Of a stretch of DNA of 64,000 nucleotides, positions 45,846 to 64,000 are shown piece after piece. How positions within the stretch are numbered: the first letter of the stretch is position 1; each line of letters begins with the position of its first letter. A model generated the notes under the pieces. It was not told where the DNA came from, ran no database searches, and saw only the letters and a program-made list of their open reading frames with translations. Source of the DNA: the human T2T-CHM13v2.0 reference genome, Homo sapiens. The stretch is taken from the NCBI RefSeq assembly GCF_009914755.1, contig NC_060926.1. One strand, written 5' to 3'. A program made the translations under genes and the position numbers.

Positions 45846-46251
45846 TCAAAAAAAAAATTCTGGACTAGGCTAAATTGTCTGTGGTAGCTCACACCTGTAA
45901 TCCTAACATTTTGGGAAGCTGAGGCCTCAGGATCCTTTGAGTCCAGGAGTTCCAGACTAGCCTGGGTAACATAGGGAAACCCTGCCTCTACCAAAAAAAA
46001 ATAGCCGGGCATGATGGCACATGCCTGTAGTCCCAGTTACTTGGGAGGCTGAGGAAGATTGCTTGGGCCCAGGAGGTCAAGGCTGCCGTGAGCTGTGATT
46101 GCATCACTGCACTCCAGCCTGGGTAACACAGACTGTCTCGAAATTAAAAAAAAAAATTATGGTTTTGGTGTAATAAATATAAAGTAGCTTTGTACCTTTG
46201 GCCCAATTAAAATTTTCACATTAAGATTTGTCCGAGATGGTCGTTTATTAG

Positions 46252-46683
<432 letters not shown>

Positions 46684-47052
46684 TAATGATGCTTTGTTTT
46701 CCTCCAGACTTCTCTGAGGGTTGTGTGGTTTATGAGACTTCATAGTGTTAAAATCTTTGAGTCTGTCTAGCTAATACCTTTCCCTCAAAATGCCATCTGG
46801 TAACTTGTTCAGTTTTGTCTTGAGAAGGCAAGCCTGACCTAGGACATTCTTAGTTTGAAGAGCCTTGAGACCTTGGTTTGTTTTGGGAATATCCCAGGGA
46901 ATTTGCATTATTTTTATTTTATTCCAGAGACAGGGAGACAGGGTCTCACTCTGTCACCCAGGCTGGAGTTCATTGGTATGATGATAGCTCACTGTAACCT
47001 TGAACTCCTGGACTCAAAGCAGTCCTCCTGCCTCAGCTTTCCAAGTAGCTGA

Positions 47053-48296
<1,244 letters not shown>

Positions 48297-50307
48297 TAAT
48301 GTTTAAATTTTTTGTAGACGTGGTCTTACTGTGTTGCCCAGGCTGATCTAGAACTCCTGGCCTCAAGCAGTCCCCCATCTTGGTCTCTCAAAGCACTGGG
48401 ATTACAGGCTGACTGCCTTTGCATTAAAAAAAAATTATTTAGTCTTTGAGACCACCAAGTGAAGAGAATGGCCTCAAGTTTAGATCAGTCCGTGGATGGG
48501 AACTGTTGGCATGTGATTCTGATCTTTTATGTTATTGATGTAAGGTATAAGAATTGAGGCAACTCTAAACTATTTACCATATCAGTTTAATTAGAAAGTT
48601 AATTACATCGAAATAGAAATCTTGACCTATGAGACCCTATATTCTTTGGCTGTCACTGCCCCTCTCTGACCTCCACTTTCGCTGAAAGCAGGTGGGAGCT
48701 CTGCCTTGCTTACTTGGCACAAAGCACAATGGGCTTTTGGCTGTTTCTCCCTGCAACCACCTTAGGAGGACCGTTTATTTGTGTCCGTCCTACCCCTCAC
48801 CCCTTGCTCTTTTTTCCATATCATTTATCACCTCCAAATATACTTACTGTGTTTATTTTCATTACCTGTCTTCCTAGAGTGTCAGCTGCAGTGATCTTTT
48901 CTGTTTTGTCCAGTTATGCATTCTGAGTGCCTTAGAATAGTGGCTGGCACATAGTTAAAGGCATTCACTAAATACTTGTTGAATTAATTAATTTCTGAAA
49001 TGTCTGATGTTAATGCTTATGTGTACATAGCTTTACTATTTACAAACTGCTTTGATTCATTCATTTTACAAATAAAATTGAGGACCTTCTACCAGCCAGG
49101 TACTTTTAGACAGTGAGAATGCAAGGGTGATAAAAAAAAAACAGGTCTAGTGGAGACAGACATCAACCATATAGTCCCACAAGTGAAAGTAAAATTGTAG
49201 CTGTGCTAAGTTTAGAAATGTCACAGCATGGTGCTCTGGAAACCTAACCCAGGATTCACGTTTGTTACCCTTTTGAGCCTCACAGAACCTTACACCTTAA
49301 GGTAGCTAAATCATGCATTGTTTTCTTGAGGCACATAGTAGCTAAATTATTGGGTTGCACATCTAGGTGAACATAGCTTATTTCACACTCCTTTATCATT
49401 TCATGGCCATTCATTTCTGAAATGCCCCCCTCATCCATCCTCACCTCCTCCCTCCGCCTACCTGTTGTCAGCACAGAGTCATCCATGTAATAGCGAGTTT
49501 CTGGGACTGGGGTTGTGTTGTGAGAGATGGGATTCTTTGTAATTTCACAAAATGGTAGTTTGAATGGCTAATTGAAATATTTACATAGGGTCTTTATTTC
49601 TGAAGGGATGTGAAAAAGACATCTTATTTTAGATAATTCATTAAGCAAATATTATTGAGTACCTGTTTTGTACCAGGCACTATGCTAGGCTCAGAGATAG
49701 AATGTGAACAAGATGTACATGGTCTCTACCCATACAGGGTCCACATTCTAATGAGGGAGACACCCGGAAAGACAAGTTGATGGGCATAAAGAAAACAGTA
49801 ATAGTAATGAATTGTATTAACTTCTAAGAAGGCAAGAACCTTGACATAGAGAATGACAGGTTATTTCCTTTAGGTAGGGTGGAACAGGACATTGAAGTTG
49901 AGGCCTAAAGGATGAGGAAGAGGGAACCATGGGAAGAGAGGACGCAGGAGTGTTCTAGATAAAGGCCCTGGGAAGATCAGAGGTGAAATTGGCTAGGTAG
50001 GGAAAGTTGTTAACATGATGGGAAAATCCAAATAATGATTTAAAAATACTTGAAGACAGGCATGGTGGCTCAGGCCTGTAGTCCCAGCTGCTCGAGAGGC
50101 TGAGGCAGGAGGATTGCTTGAGCCTGGGGGTTTGAGACCAGCCTGTGCAACATAATAAGACCCCCCATCTCTGAAAAAAACCAAAACAAGGCCAGATATG
50201 GTGGCTCACGCCTGTAATCCCAGGACTTCGGGAGGCCGAGGTGGGTGGATCACCTGAGAGGAGTCTGAGACTAGCCTGGCCAATGTGGTGAAACCCTGTC
50301 TCTACTA

Positions 50308-50537
<230 letters not shown>

Positions 50538-50540
50538 CTA

Positions 50541-50660
<120 letters not shown>

Positions 50661-50668
50661 CTAAAAAA

Positions 50669-50715
<47 letters not shown>

Positions 50716-50994
50716 GAACTCTTAATTGCTGTAATGCACTTAGTCTCAAACCCTGTACTCATTTCATTAAATGCCATTAACAGTTGCAGACTGGCACTGG
50801 GCTGTAGACCCATGAGTAACCATGCTTCAGAAGAATGCTGGAGAGGGTGTGTTTGTAGAGGGGAAGAGGAATATGGTAGCTGTAAGCTACCTAGTAGCTA
50901 AGTGAGTGCATGGTCAAGAAGAGACTATTTATTTTGAACTATGCTCCCCGCCCCCTAAGCAGGTTTAAATAAGAATTTAATTAGCTTTGTATAG

Positions 50995-51335
<341 letters not shown>

Positions 51336-52335
51336 TGAGCCACCGCACCCGGCCTGGATTTTTAATGTCTCAAGAAGAGACAAAAATCACATTGAAAATC
51401 CAAAGCAGCAGTTTCAAGGCATATCTCAAGAAGACAGAAATGACTAAGAGCTTATATTTGAAGTCATTGATAGATTTTATTTTATTTACATGGAAATTTT
51501 GGCCTGTTCATTTAGCAGATTGCTGGATCATTACTTCTGGAGAATGTATTTGATCACAATATTATGAAATATAGAAGCACTTTGGTTAGAAATTTAATAT
51601 GATTTCAGTTTTAAGGGGCACTGTTTCCACAGGACTATTTCTTAATCTAAAATACGGCTGCTGGACTTCATAAAATTGACAAATTTACTGCAGCACTTAT
51701 ATTCTTCTTTGTATTTGAGTATATCTGTAAGACCAGAGAAATTTCTGAAAATTTGTTCTCACACTTGTTTGAAAATGGAAATCACAATAGCATTTTATTA
51801 TAATCTGTGTGTTTTTACAGGGAACTTTGTAATGAATGATTGACCTTCTTGAGAGCTCTCAGAATTCTAGAGAATAGGAGAGCAGGAGCCTGGTCCCCAG
51901 CTGCAGTAAATGACAGCATAACTGAATTTTTTTTTGAAGCCATCATACTTTGGAAGAACCTAACTGAATATTGTTTGCATTGTAGATTGTAGCCAAAAAG
52001 AAATGAGAGTTTCAGTGTTCATAACTCAAGGTTTTTAATATTTTTAGATGTGAAGGTAAACTAAGTACTGCTTAGAATATTGACTCTTAGAGATTCATAG
52101 ACTTCCTTGGGCTAGAGAATGCTTTTCCAGGTCACCTGGTCTATTCTGCATGATGGCTGCTTCCCACCTGCAGAGCTTCACTGTCCATGGAACATGGGAT
52201 ACTTAGGGGAGGGCTTGGTGATTTTACACTTAGCTAGTGCTTTCTGGGAATGGGTTTGGACGAGGTGTGTTTAAATGACTGAAATAAATTATTTCCGTCA
52301 GTTGTGGCTTTAAAAATTGGTGGGATTAGTTTCTT

Positions 52336-52377
52336 TCTCTTTTGTTTTTTTTAAGGCTAGTTAATTGAAGCAGTTGG
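52336..52377 (-). pseudogene. 5'-truncated Y3 RNA retrocopy (3'-terminal ~25 nt plus A tail)
   Basis: aaggctagttaattgaagcagt resembles the reverse complement of the hY3 3' end (AAGGCTAGTCAAGTGAAGCAGT); T-rich tail; exact 14-bp TSD gggattagtttctt at 52322-52335 and 52378-52391. Confidence 0.75.
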
Positions 52378-52682
52378 GGGATTAGTTTCTTAAAGCTAAT
52401 CAGTGTTAACTATGTCTGGCTTTAATCATTAAAGCAGTCTAATCAGTTTAGTTTAATTAATGCCAGTGTTATTATATGTTTGACATTCCAGTTGTGCTTG
52501 GAAGCAGAACAAATGTTGCTCATCCTTATTTGAATTTTTTAGCTCTGTGGTTATCCTGCAGTTGTGGTTGGCACCAGTGTTAATGAGCATGATCATATAA
52601 TTGTGCTGTATCTAGTTTCGTTGTATAAATTATTTGACTCTAATATTCAGTGCAAATGACTTTTATTTTTCTTATCTCTTAG

Positions 52683-52776
52683 ACTGCAAGTGGCAACGTG
52701 GAAGCAAAAGTAGTATGCTTTTATAGACGACGTGATATTTCCAACACACTTATAATGCTCGCAGATAAGCATGCTA
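52683..52776 (+). CDS. MTA3: MTA3 coding exon 3 ([31 protein letters not shown] + 1 nt)
   Basis: Polypyrimidine tract and AG at 52681-52682, donor A|GTAAGT at 52777. TASG and ISNTLIML distinguish MTA3 from MTA1 (TANG, ISSTLIAL) and MTA2. This exon is absent from the ORF track. Confidence 0.97.
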
Positions 52777-53544
52777 GTAAGTTGTTTTTCTCTGATTAAA
52801 AAAACGTTTTAAGTCTTGTGTTTTTTGTGATGAGGTGGAAACATGCTTTTTCTTACCTGAAGTCTTTTGCTTGTCCATTTATCTTCTTTGTAGTTTTGAT
52901 GGGAGTAAAATAAGTGATACTAACTGAAACCAAACACTGGTGTTTGGTTTCAGTGTATATGTGTATATATGTGTGTATGTAATTTTATATCTATATATAT
53001 ATATATTTTTTTTTTTTTTCCGGAGACAAAGTTTGCTCTGTCACCCAGGCTGGAGTGCAGTGGTGTGATCATGGCTCACTGCAGCCTCAAAATCACAGGC
53101 TCAAGTGAGCCTCCTGCCTCATCCTTGCAAAGTGCTGGGATTACAGGTGTGAGCTACCAGGCCTGGCCTAGTATGTGGTTTTTTAGGTTGTATCACATTC
53201 ATTAATTGGTGAAAATGTTGACATAGAAGCCTTTGTAAATAGGCTTTAGCAAAGGATCTGGGCAGTGTCTTGCCATCTCCTGTTTTCAGTGGTGGATTTT
53301 TCTTTTGAATAGAGATGGAGTCTTGCTATGTTGCCCAGGCTGGTCTTGAACCCTAGGCCTCAAGTAATCTCCCACCTTGGCCTCTCAAAGAGCTAGGATT
53401 ACATGCATGAGCTACTGGGCCTGGCCTATTGGTGGTTTTGTGAGGATACAGATAGGAGGAAATTTATACTTCACTGTTTCGGAGGATGTTTTCTCCCTGC
53501 TAAAACAACTGAATAATACTTAGTTTTTTTGGTGAGGGGACTAG

Positions 53545-53760
<216 letters not shown>

Positions 53761-53841
53761 TGATCCTCCTACCTTGGCTTTCCAAAGGCTCAAGTGATCC
53801 TCCTGCCTCAGCTTTCCAAAGTGCTGGGATTATTGGTGTGA

Positions 53842-54183
<342 letters not shown>

Positions 54184-54194
54184 TGATCTGCTGA

Positions 54195-54446
<252 letters not shown>

Positions 54447-55291
54447 TGAACCACCCCACCTGGCCAGTTTGATACTTTGATTTATAATCACTATGGTCTT
54501 GAGGACCCTGAAGCTTTTGAAATGTTCTGGTATGGGTGTAAGGAAGGCTGCTGTTTGCATAGGTTTGTTCTGAGTTTGCTTGAGAGTCGTTGCCCACTGT
54601 GTCATCCGTTTAGCCAGGCAAGTTAGTTGTCTCATAAGTTAAATTCTTACTGTATTTTCTCCTGTAGTTCATTGTGTTTTTGTTTCTGTATAGAAAGTGT
54701 TCATTATTTCAATTAATTGCTGACATGTAAAACAAAAAAGTGTTCATTATGATATGAGTTCTGTCACGTTTACAAATTATATATTCAGCATATCAAGGCT
54801 TCACATTTGCTACTGATAATGAGAACAAAATATTGCTTTAAAAGCACCAGGCTGGTATTGAACTCCTAGCCTCAAGGGATCCTCACAAAGTGTTCGGATT
54901 ACAGGTGTGAGTCACCATGCCTGGTCCCAAATTGCTTTTTTTTTTTTTTTTTTTTTTTTTCGGAGACGGGGTCTTGCTCTCTTGCCCAGGCTGGAGTGCA
55001 GTGGCAGGATCATAGCTCACTGCAGCCTTGAATCAAGCCTTGGCTCAAAGGATCTTCCTGCCTCAGTCTTTAGAGAAGCTGGGAGTACAGGCGCATCTCA
55101 CCGTGCCTAGCTAATTAAAAAACTTTTTTTTTTTTTTGGTAGAAATGGGGTCTTGTTATGTTGCCAGGGTGGGTCTCAAACTATTGGCCTCAAGCAGTCC
55201 TCCGACCTCGGCCTCCCAAAATGTTGGGATTACAGGTGTGAGGCACCACACCCAACTAGCAACAACCTTAGAAGCTAGATTACAAGCATGA

Positions 55292-55468
<177 letters not shown>

Positions 55469-55630
55469 TAGCTGGGATTACAGGCATGTGCCACTATGCC
55501 TGGCTAATTTTGTATTTTTAGTAGAGACGGGGTAGGCTGGTCTCAAACTCCCAACCTCAGGTGATCTGCCCGCCTCTGCCTTTCAAAATGCTGGTATTAC
55601 AGGCATGAGCCACCGTGGCCGGCAATATGA

Positions 55631-55816
<186 letters not shown>

Positions 55817-58486
55817 TAGAGACGGGGTTTCACCGCGTTAGCCAGGATGGTCTCGATCTCCTGACCTCGTGATCTGCCTGCCTTGGCCTCCCAAAGTGCT
55901 GGGATTACAGGCGTGAGCCACTGCGCCCAGCCCGAGATATTTTACCTTTTTTAAGTTTATGTTGTAAATGGTGAATAAAATCCAAACAAGTTTGCATATA
56001 TACTTTAATACATTAAATTTATAGATTTTTGCTATAACCAAAATACCTGATTAGTATGTCATTCTAAAAAGCAATATCTTGGCCAGGAGTGGTGGCTCAT
56101 GCTTGTAATCTCACCATTTAGGTAGGCCAAGTTGGGAGGATTGCTTGAGGGTAGGAGTTCGAGATCAGCCTGGCCAACTTAGCAAGACCCTGACTCTATT
56201 TTTAAAAAAATTATTGCTGCAAAAATAGTGAGAGGAAATGATTTTTAGGGGGTCTGCTCACTGTTGGTAGAGCATCTGCTGACTGGAGAGTCTCAGCATG
56301 ACAGCATCTTGGTCTTGTCTATTTTAGGATTGGGTATGTAGAAAATTAATTTATTCATAATTGATTAGCCTGTTGGTATTAACTCGTAGAAAATAAATTT
56401 TAAGGAACTTAGCATCAAGCAAATGATGTAGTAGCCATCATGCATTTTTTCTTTCATTTTTTTCCCCTACTGCTTGCCACTCTCACCACACATTTTAAAG
56501 AAAGACCTGGGTTCAGATTCTGGTTGGCTGTTTTACTGCTTGACATAGGAAAATTTCATAACTTCTTAGTGATTTCCTTTTTTTCTCATCTGTAAAATAG
56601 AGAGTAGAGAAATTACTTCATTTTGTGTTATAGATATATTTTACCACCAAAAAACGGGGAGAAAAAAGACACCCATGTTGATGTGAGGATTATGACATAA
56701 GGAACAACTCATAATGGGTGTGTAGTAAATGTCAGATGGTTTGTTTTCTACCTACCCAGCAATTTGTTGATTATCCCTATGGGTGGATTACTTCTATGTA
56801 TATTTATCTGTTTAGAAGGATTACTTCTATGTACATTATTTGTTGATTTTACTTTCAAAGGCAACTATATATCCGGGAATGGTGGAGTTAGATGTATCTT
56901 ACTGTATTTCTGTTGGTATTGACTAAAACATCAGGTGCAGACAGCACATAAAGTTGTCTGAAGAATTCATGTTTTATGAGGAGTTTTTTAGGGAGGATTA
57001 ATGGAGAAAGTGTTATTAGAATGAGTTCAAAACTGGAGTCCTGAGTGTGGATGCCACTTAATTTTCCTGAACTTTAGTTTTTCCATTTAAAAAACTCTTC
57101 TCATTATGGACTTTTTTTTATTTTTTGAGATAGAGTCTTGCTCTGTCGCTCAGGCTGGAGTGCAGTGGCACAATCTTGTCTCACTGCAGCCTTCCCTGGT
57201 TCAAGCAATTCTCATGCCTCAGCCTCCCGAATAGCTGAGAGTACACGCGCATGCCACCATGCCTGGCTAATTTTTGTATTTTTAGTAGAGATGGGGTTTT
57301 GCCATGTTGGCCAGGCTGGTCTCCAACTCCTGGGCTCTCAAGTGATCCTCTTGCCTTGGCCTCCCAAAGTGCCATGATTGCAGGTGTGAGCCACTGTGCC
57401 TGGCCATTATGGACTCTTTTTTTGTTTTGTTTTGAGTTGGAGTTTCGCTTTTGTTGCCCAGGCTGGAGTGCAGTGGCGCGTGATCTCAGCTCAACGTAAC
57501 CTCCACCTCCCAGGTTCAAGTGATTCTCCTGTCTCAGCCCCCTGAGTAGTTGGAAGTACAGGCATGCGCCACCATGCCTGACTAATTTTATGTTTTTAGT
57601 AGAGACGGGGTTTCTCTGTATTGGTCAGGCTGGTCTCGAACTCCCTACCTCAGGTGATACGCCCACCTCTGCCTCCCAAAGTGCTGGATTACAGGTGTGA
57701 GCCACTGTGCCCACCTTACGAACTCTTAAAAAAAACAAACTTTTTATTACAGAAAACTTTCATCATGTACAAGCAGAGAAGAATACAGTATGCCTGGTGT
57801 TTCCATCACTGTGTATTAACAGTAATCTACACATGATCAATTGTGATTCATCTAGACCTCTACTCGCTAGCCCATTATTTTGAAGCACGTCAAAGAAGCC
57901 TTACCTTTTTATCTGTAAATATTTCAGTACTTACTTCTAAAAGGTCATAACATCTTTCAAACTTAAAGTGTCCAAGTGTATAAGGAACTCTCCATGCCAT
58001 TTACTCAGATTCAAGAGTTGCTAACATTTTGCCCTATTGGCTTTATCATTCTATATATAATGCAAATATACATATATTATTTTCTGAACCATTTAATAGT
58101 AAGTTGGAGACTTCAGTGTATTTTTTTTTTTTTGGGATGGAGTCTAGCTCTGTTGCCCATAGTTGAATAAAAAAATTACAGAAACCCAGCACTTTGGGAG
58201 GCTGAGGCAGGATGATTACATGAGCCCAGGAATTAGATACCAGCCTGGACAGCACAGGAATACCCCATTTTAACAACAACAAAAAGAAAAGATTAGCTGG
58301 GTGTGGTGGCACACAGCTCTGGTCCCAGTTACTCAGGAGACTGAGGCAGGAGGATTGCTTGAGCCCAGGAGATTGAGGCTGCAGTGAGCTGTGTTCGTGC
58401 CACACCCTGGGTGTGTTTGCACTCCACCCTGGGTGACAAAGGGAGACCCTTTCTCTTGGGGGAAAAAAATGGATTAAGAGACCTAG

Positions 58487-58648
<162 letters not shown>

Positions 58649-58897
58649 TAATAATCAAATAATAATAATAATAATTTTTTGAGACAGAGTTTCGCTCTTG
58701 TTGCCTAGGCTGGAGTGCAATGGCGCGATCTCCGGCTCACTGCAACCTCCACCTCCTGGGTTCAGGCAATTCCCTGCCTCAGCCTCCCGAGCAGCTGGGA
58801 TTACAGGCATGTGCTACCACACCTGGCTAATTTTGTATTTTTAGTAGAGACGGGGTTTCTCCATGTTGGTCAGGGTGGTCTCGAACTCCCAACCTCA

Positions 58898-59005
<108 letters not shown>

Positions 59006-59070
59006 TCAGTAACAATATGAAAGACCAAATGATTCTTTTTTCTTTCTTTTCTTTTTTTTTTTTTTTTTGA

Positions 59071-59172
<102 letters not shown>

Positions 59173-59574
59173 TGAGTAGCTGGAACTACAGATGTGTGCC
59201 ACCACGCCTGGTTAATTTTTGTATTTTTATAGAGACCGGGTTTCACCGTGTTGGCCAGGATGGTCTTGAACTTCCAACCTCAAGTGATCCACCTGCCTTG
59301 GCCTCCCAAAGTGCTCGGATTAGAGGCATGAGCCACTTTGCGTGGCCCCATCCTGTATTTTATTTTATTTATTTGGTTATGTATAATTACAGTTTTACCT
59401 ACAAAGGAGGGTGAGATAGGAGAATCACTTGAGTCCAGTATTTCAAGGTTGGAATGAGCTATGATTGAGCAATTGCATTCCAGCCTGGGCAATAGAGTGA
59501 CACCTGTGTCTCTTTAAAAAAAAATAAATTATAAACAAGATGAATAACTTCCTGACAAATAAAAAGAAAATTTA

Positions 59575-59892
<318 letters not shown>

Positions 59893-60040
59893 TTACGCCT
59901 GTAATCCAAGCACTTTTGGAGGCCAAGGTAGGAGGACCACTTGAGTCCAGGAGTTGGAGACTAGCCTGGGCAACACAGCGAGACCTCATATCTAAAAGTG
60001 AAAAAAAAAAAAAAGGAAATTTCAAGAAACCGGTACAAAG

Positions 60041-60047
60041 AAGGAAG

Positions 60048-60095
<48 letters not shown>

Positions 60096-60125
60096 AAAGG
60101 AAGGAAAAACACACACACAAGGAAG

Positions 60126-60160
<35 letters not shown>
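60041..60160. repeat. Compound repeat of AAGGAAGGAAAA-(CA)n, three units
   Basis: The AAGGAAGGAAAA leader occurs three times, each followed by a CA run of different length. Confidence 0.92.
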
Positions 60161-60161
<1 letters not shown>

Positions 60162-60269
60162 CGTTGGCTGGGCACTGTGGCTCCCAGCGCTTTGGCTTCC
60201 AGCACTTTGGGGGCCCGAGACGGGTAGATCACTTGAGGCCAGGACCAGCATGGCAAAAACCCATCTCTA

Positions 60270-60619
<350 letters not shown>

Positions 60620-62244
60620 CTAGCTACTCAGGAGGCTGAGGCAGGAGAATACCTTGAACCCAGGAGGCGGAGGTTGCAGTGAGCCAAGATCGTGTCACTG
60701 CACTCCAGCCTGGGTGACACAGTGAGACTCTGTCTCAAAAAAAAAAGTAAAATAAAAAATAAAACGTTAGTACAGATCGCTGGAGGTTGAGGCTGCAGTA
60801 AGCCATGATTGCGCCACTGCACTCCAGCCCGTGTGACAGAACAAGACCCTGCCTCCCAAAATATAAGTTGACATTTGAATGAGCAAACATTTAAAAGATA
60901 CAAAAATGTATTCAGTGTAAAAACTCCCTATATCAGGACCCCCCAAAACCCAGTTCTCCCCGACAAGTCATTATTATTACTAGCTTCTGGTGTCTTTTCC
61001 AGTGAGAATTCTTGTGTATGAAATAAAATACATACAAAAATGTATACACACGTTCTTTCCTTTGCAATATTTTTTTTCAAAAATGGTAGCAGAATGTTTT
61101 CTGTTTTTTTCTCTCGATTTTCCCTTCTTTTATTTATTCATTTATTTGTTTGTTTTTTTGAGACAGTCTGACTCTTGTCACCCAGGCTGGAGTGTAGTGG
61201 CACAGTCTCAGCTCACTGAAACCGCTGCCTTGAGGTAGGGATTCAAGTGATTCTCCTGCTTCAGCCACCCGAGTAGCTGGGATCACAGGCGTGCCCCACC
61301 ACACCCAGCTAATTTTTGCATTTTTTGTAGAGATGGGTTTTTGCTGTGTTGGCCAGATTGGTCTTGAACTCCTGGCCTCAAGTGATCTGCCCACCTTGGC
61401 CTCCTAAGGTGCTGGGGTTCCAGGTGTCCCTGGTGTACTAACCTAATGTTTTTTATGCTTGCAAATTATGTTAATTATCTTATGAATCACTGCAACAGAA
61501 ATGCCTATGTAAATTAAAATGTAAAACTATTTACATTTTCTGAGTTCATAAGGCTCAGAGTCTTAACATTTTTCCTTGGATTTTTATAATAATAGTATAC
61601 ATTGTAAAATTTTTGATAATTAGTAAAACTAAAAGTGTGACATTTTCATAGGAAATCTTAAGCTTAGTGGGGCTTCCTCTCACTCCAATTAGCTTAATGA
61701 ATCCTTGAAATAATATACCTCATTGCTAGAATGAGACAGGTTTAGCTTTCATTCTGTTCCTCATGTTTGATTTATATACATGTAGATTCTAACAAAATTT
61801 TTACATGTAAGTAAGTAGATCAGAATGGTGGAGTTTTACTATGTATTCATTTACCAAATGTATTTTGAGCTCCTGCTGTGTACTGGACATTCTACTAAGT
61901 ACTGGTGATGAGTGGTGAACAAAGCTACCGAAATCTCTGCCCTTAGAGCTTATAAAGGTGTCAGTTCTTTGTTCTTCTCAACTGTGTTTGAAAAAGCATA
62001 TAGCAGTCATTGACAATAAAGGATTTTTAATGATTTAGCAGCTGACAATTCAATTAGGTCTTCTTTCAGTTTTGCTAGAAGCAGATAATTTGAAACCAGC
62101 AGACATGGAAGAGATTTAGGTTTTTTAACAAGTCATTAGGGCCCTTTGCATTCTCATTTTCTGAGAAGCAAAGTAAAAAGGTTTTACTGAGACCTAACAA
62201 AAGATTATTAATTATACTTCTTACTATTCACCTATCCCTATAGG

Positions 62245-62700
62245 TGTATCAATTAGTGTTTTACCCGAGAAAGAGAACCAGATGGAGATTATGTATGTGT
62301 ATAAATATACAGACACATATGTATGCATGTATACACATGTATGTATTATACATATATATATGCTATATAAAATTTTCAACAGGTTTATATACATATAAAG
62401 AGATTTTTTTTGCAAGGAACTGGTTTACATAATTGCTGGGGCTGGCTAGGCAAGTCTGAAATCCACAGGGAGGCTGTCTGTTAGGTGGACATTTCTTCTT
62501 CAGGGAAGCCTTAGTTTTGCACTTAGGGCCTTTTACTGATTGGATGAGGCCCACCCTGATTGTGGAGGCCAATCTTCTTAACTTCGAGTCAGCTGATGTT
62601 ACTCATATCTACAAAATATTTTCATAACAATATCTAAATTAGATTTTGATTGAATGACTAGGTACTATAGTTTAGATAGTTTGACACATAAAACCATCAT
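62245..62700 (-). mobile_element. Older MLT2-family (ERVL) solo LTR
   Basis: Internal TA/CA low-complexity tract, aaggaactggtttacataatt, tgattggatgaggcccacc, terminal ttgacacataaaaccatca. Confidence 0.75.
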
Positions 62701-63062
62701 CGGCACCTTATTTCAACCAGTATACTCAAAGGTTTGGGAAAGTTGAAGTAATGAAGTAATGTTCATTAAAATATACGTTTGTGTTTTAAATTTATGTCCG
62801 GTAAATGTTTAACTCTTAGATCATGTACATACTTAAATATGTATTTAAATACATGATGCAAATTTTAATATAATTATAAACTATTTAAATATATTTTCAT
62901 CTAATTCTTGGAACTGTGGATTTAATTTGTTCAGTTGTGGAAAATTATCACCAGTAACCTTAATGGCAAAGCCAGTCTTCCCTGACAAACCAGGCAGCTA
63001 AATAAATAACACTGATTTTCTGCCAGAAAGTCTGACTCCTTTTTTCCAATTTTAATAAATGA

Positions 63063-63317
<255 letters not shown>

Positions 63318-63711
63318 TAGGACACAAAACTCTACTGTGAAACTTTTTGATATCTGGGTTAGAGGCTTCTCAGAGACCTGTATTGTATTTCTCTTTTGTC
63401 ACCAATGGTCCCTTTGTTTGGTATCCTGGAGGTTTTTACTCCCCATGTTTCACCCAAGTTCTGCAGTAAGATTTAGGGTGGTTGAGAGGAGATGCCTGTA
63501 TATAAGACAAGGGCAGTTGTGAGAAGTGGAGATGAGGAGAGATCAGTCTGATGCCTTGAGCTTGTGCTAGTTCTCAGGCAGATCAGTAGGAGCATGTGGG
63601 TGTTGATCTTAAACCTATGTTTCTGTGTACCCCTTAGAATGTCTTCTTATACACCCAAGAGACAGGTTCTTCTTTTGGAGACTTTGGGTACACTATAGCC
63701 CTTTTCCTGCG

Positions 63712-64000
63712 TGCTGTGGTTTGGATGTTGTGCCCTCCAAACTCATGTTGAGATTTGATCCCTGGTGTTGGAGGTGGGGCATAATGGGAGATGGTTGGGT
63801 CATGGGAGTAGATTCCTCTTGAATGGATTAAATTAATGCCCTCCCTGGAGTAGACGTGACTTCTCACTTTGTTAGTTCCCTAGAGAGCTGGTTTTTAAAA
63901 AGAACCAGCACACCTCCAACCTTGCTTCCTTTCTTGCCATGTGATCGCTGCATACTGGTTCCCCTTCACCTTCTGCCATGACTGAAAGCAGCCTGATTCC
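63712..64000 (+). mobile_element. MST-family (MSTB-like) MaLR LTR, truncated by the window end
   Basis: tgctgtggtttggatgttgtgccctccaaactcatgttgagatttgatcc...ccccttcaccttctgccatga. Confidence 0.8.

Noticed and set aside
56785-56846. Small tandem duplications (also 23369-23438, 30750-30820, 53753-53820)
   Set aside because: Ordinary slippage events with no further structure.

Overview
Alu-saturated human genomic DNA; a human-specific AluYb8 fixes the species. It holds the CpG-island promoter and first three coding exons of MTA3 (NuRD subunit, N-terminal BAH domain; + strand 42318-42345, 44009-44076, 52683-52776), and the gene continues past the window end. Also present: an RPL21 processed pseudogene on the minus strand, a tiny Y3 RNA retrocopy, ERV1/ERVL/MaLR LTRs, two Tigger-derived DNA transposons and several micro/minisatellites. 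Almost all ORFs in the track are Alu or simple-repeat artefacts. I found no new gene system. The most notable unexplained structure is a ~1.2 kb four-Alu cassette with a unique 45-bp spacer, present twice in inverted orientation (28467-29690 and 47091-48296) on either side of the MTA3 promoter and exons 1-2. TSD logic identifies donor and recipient. Repeat family names and parent-gene comparisons are from memory of consensus sequences, not from a search.
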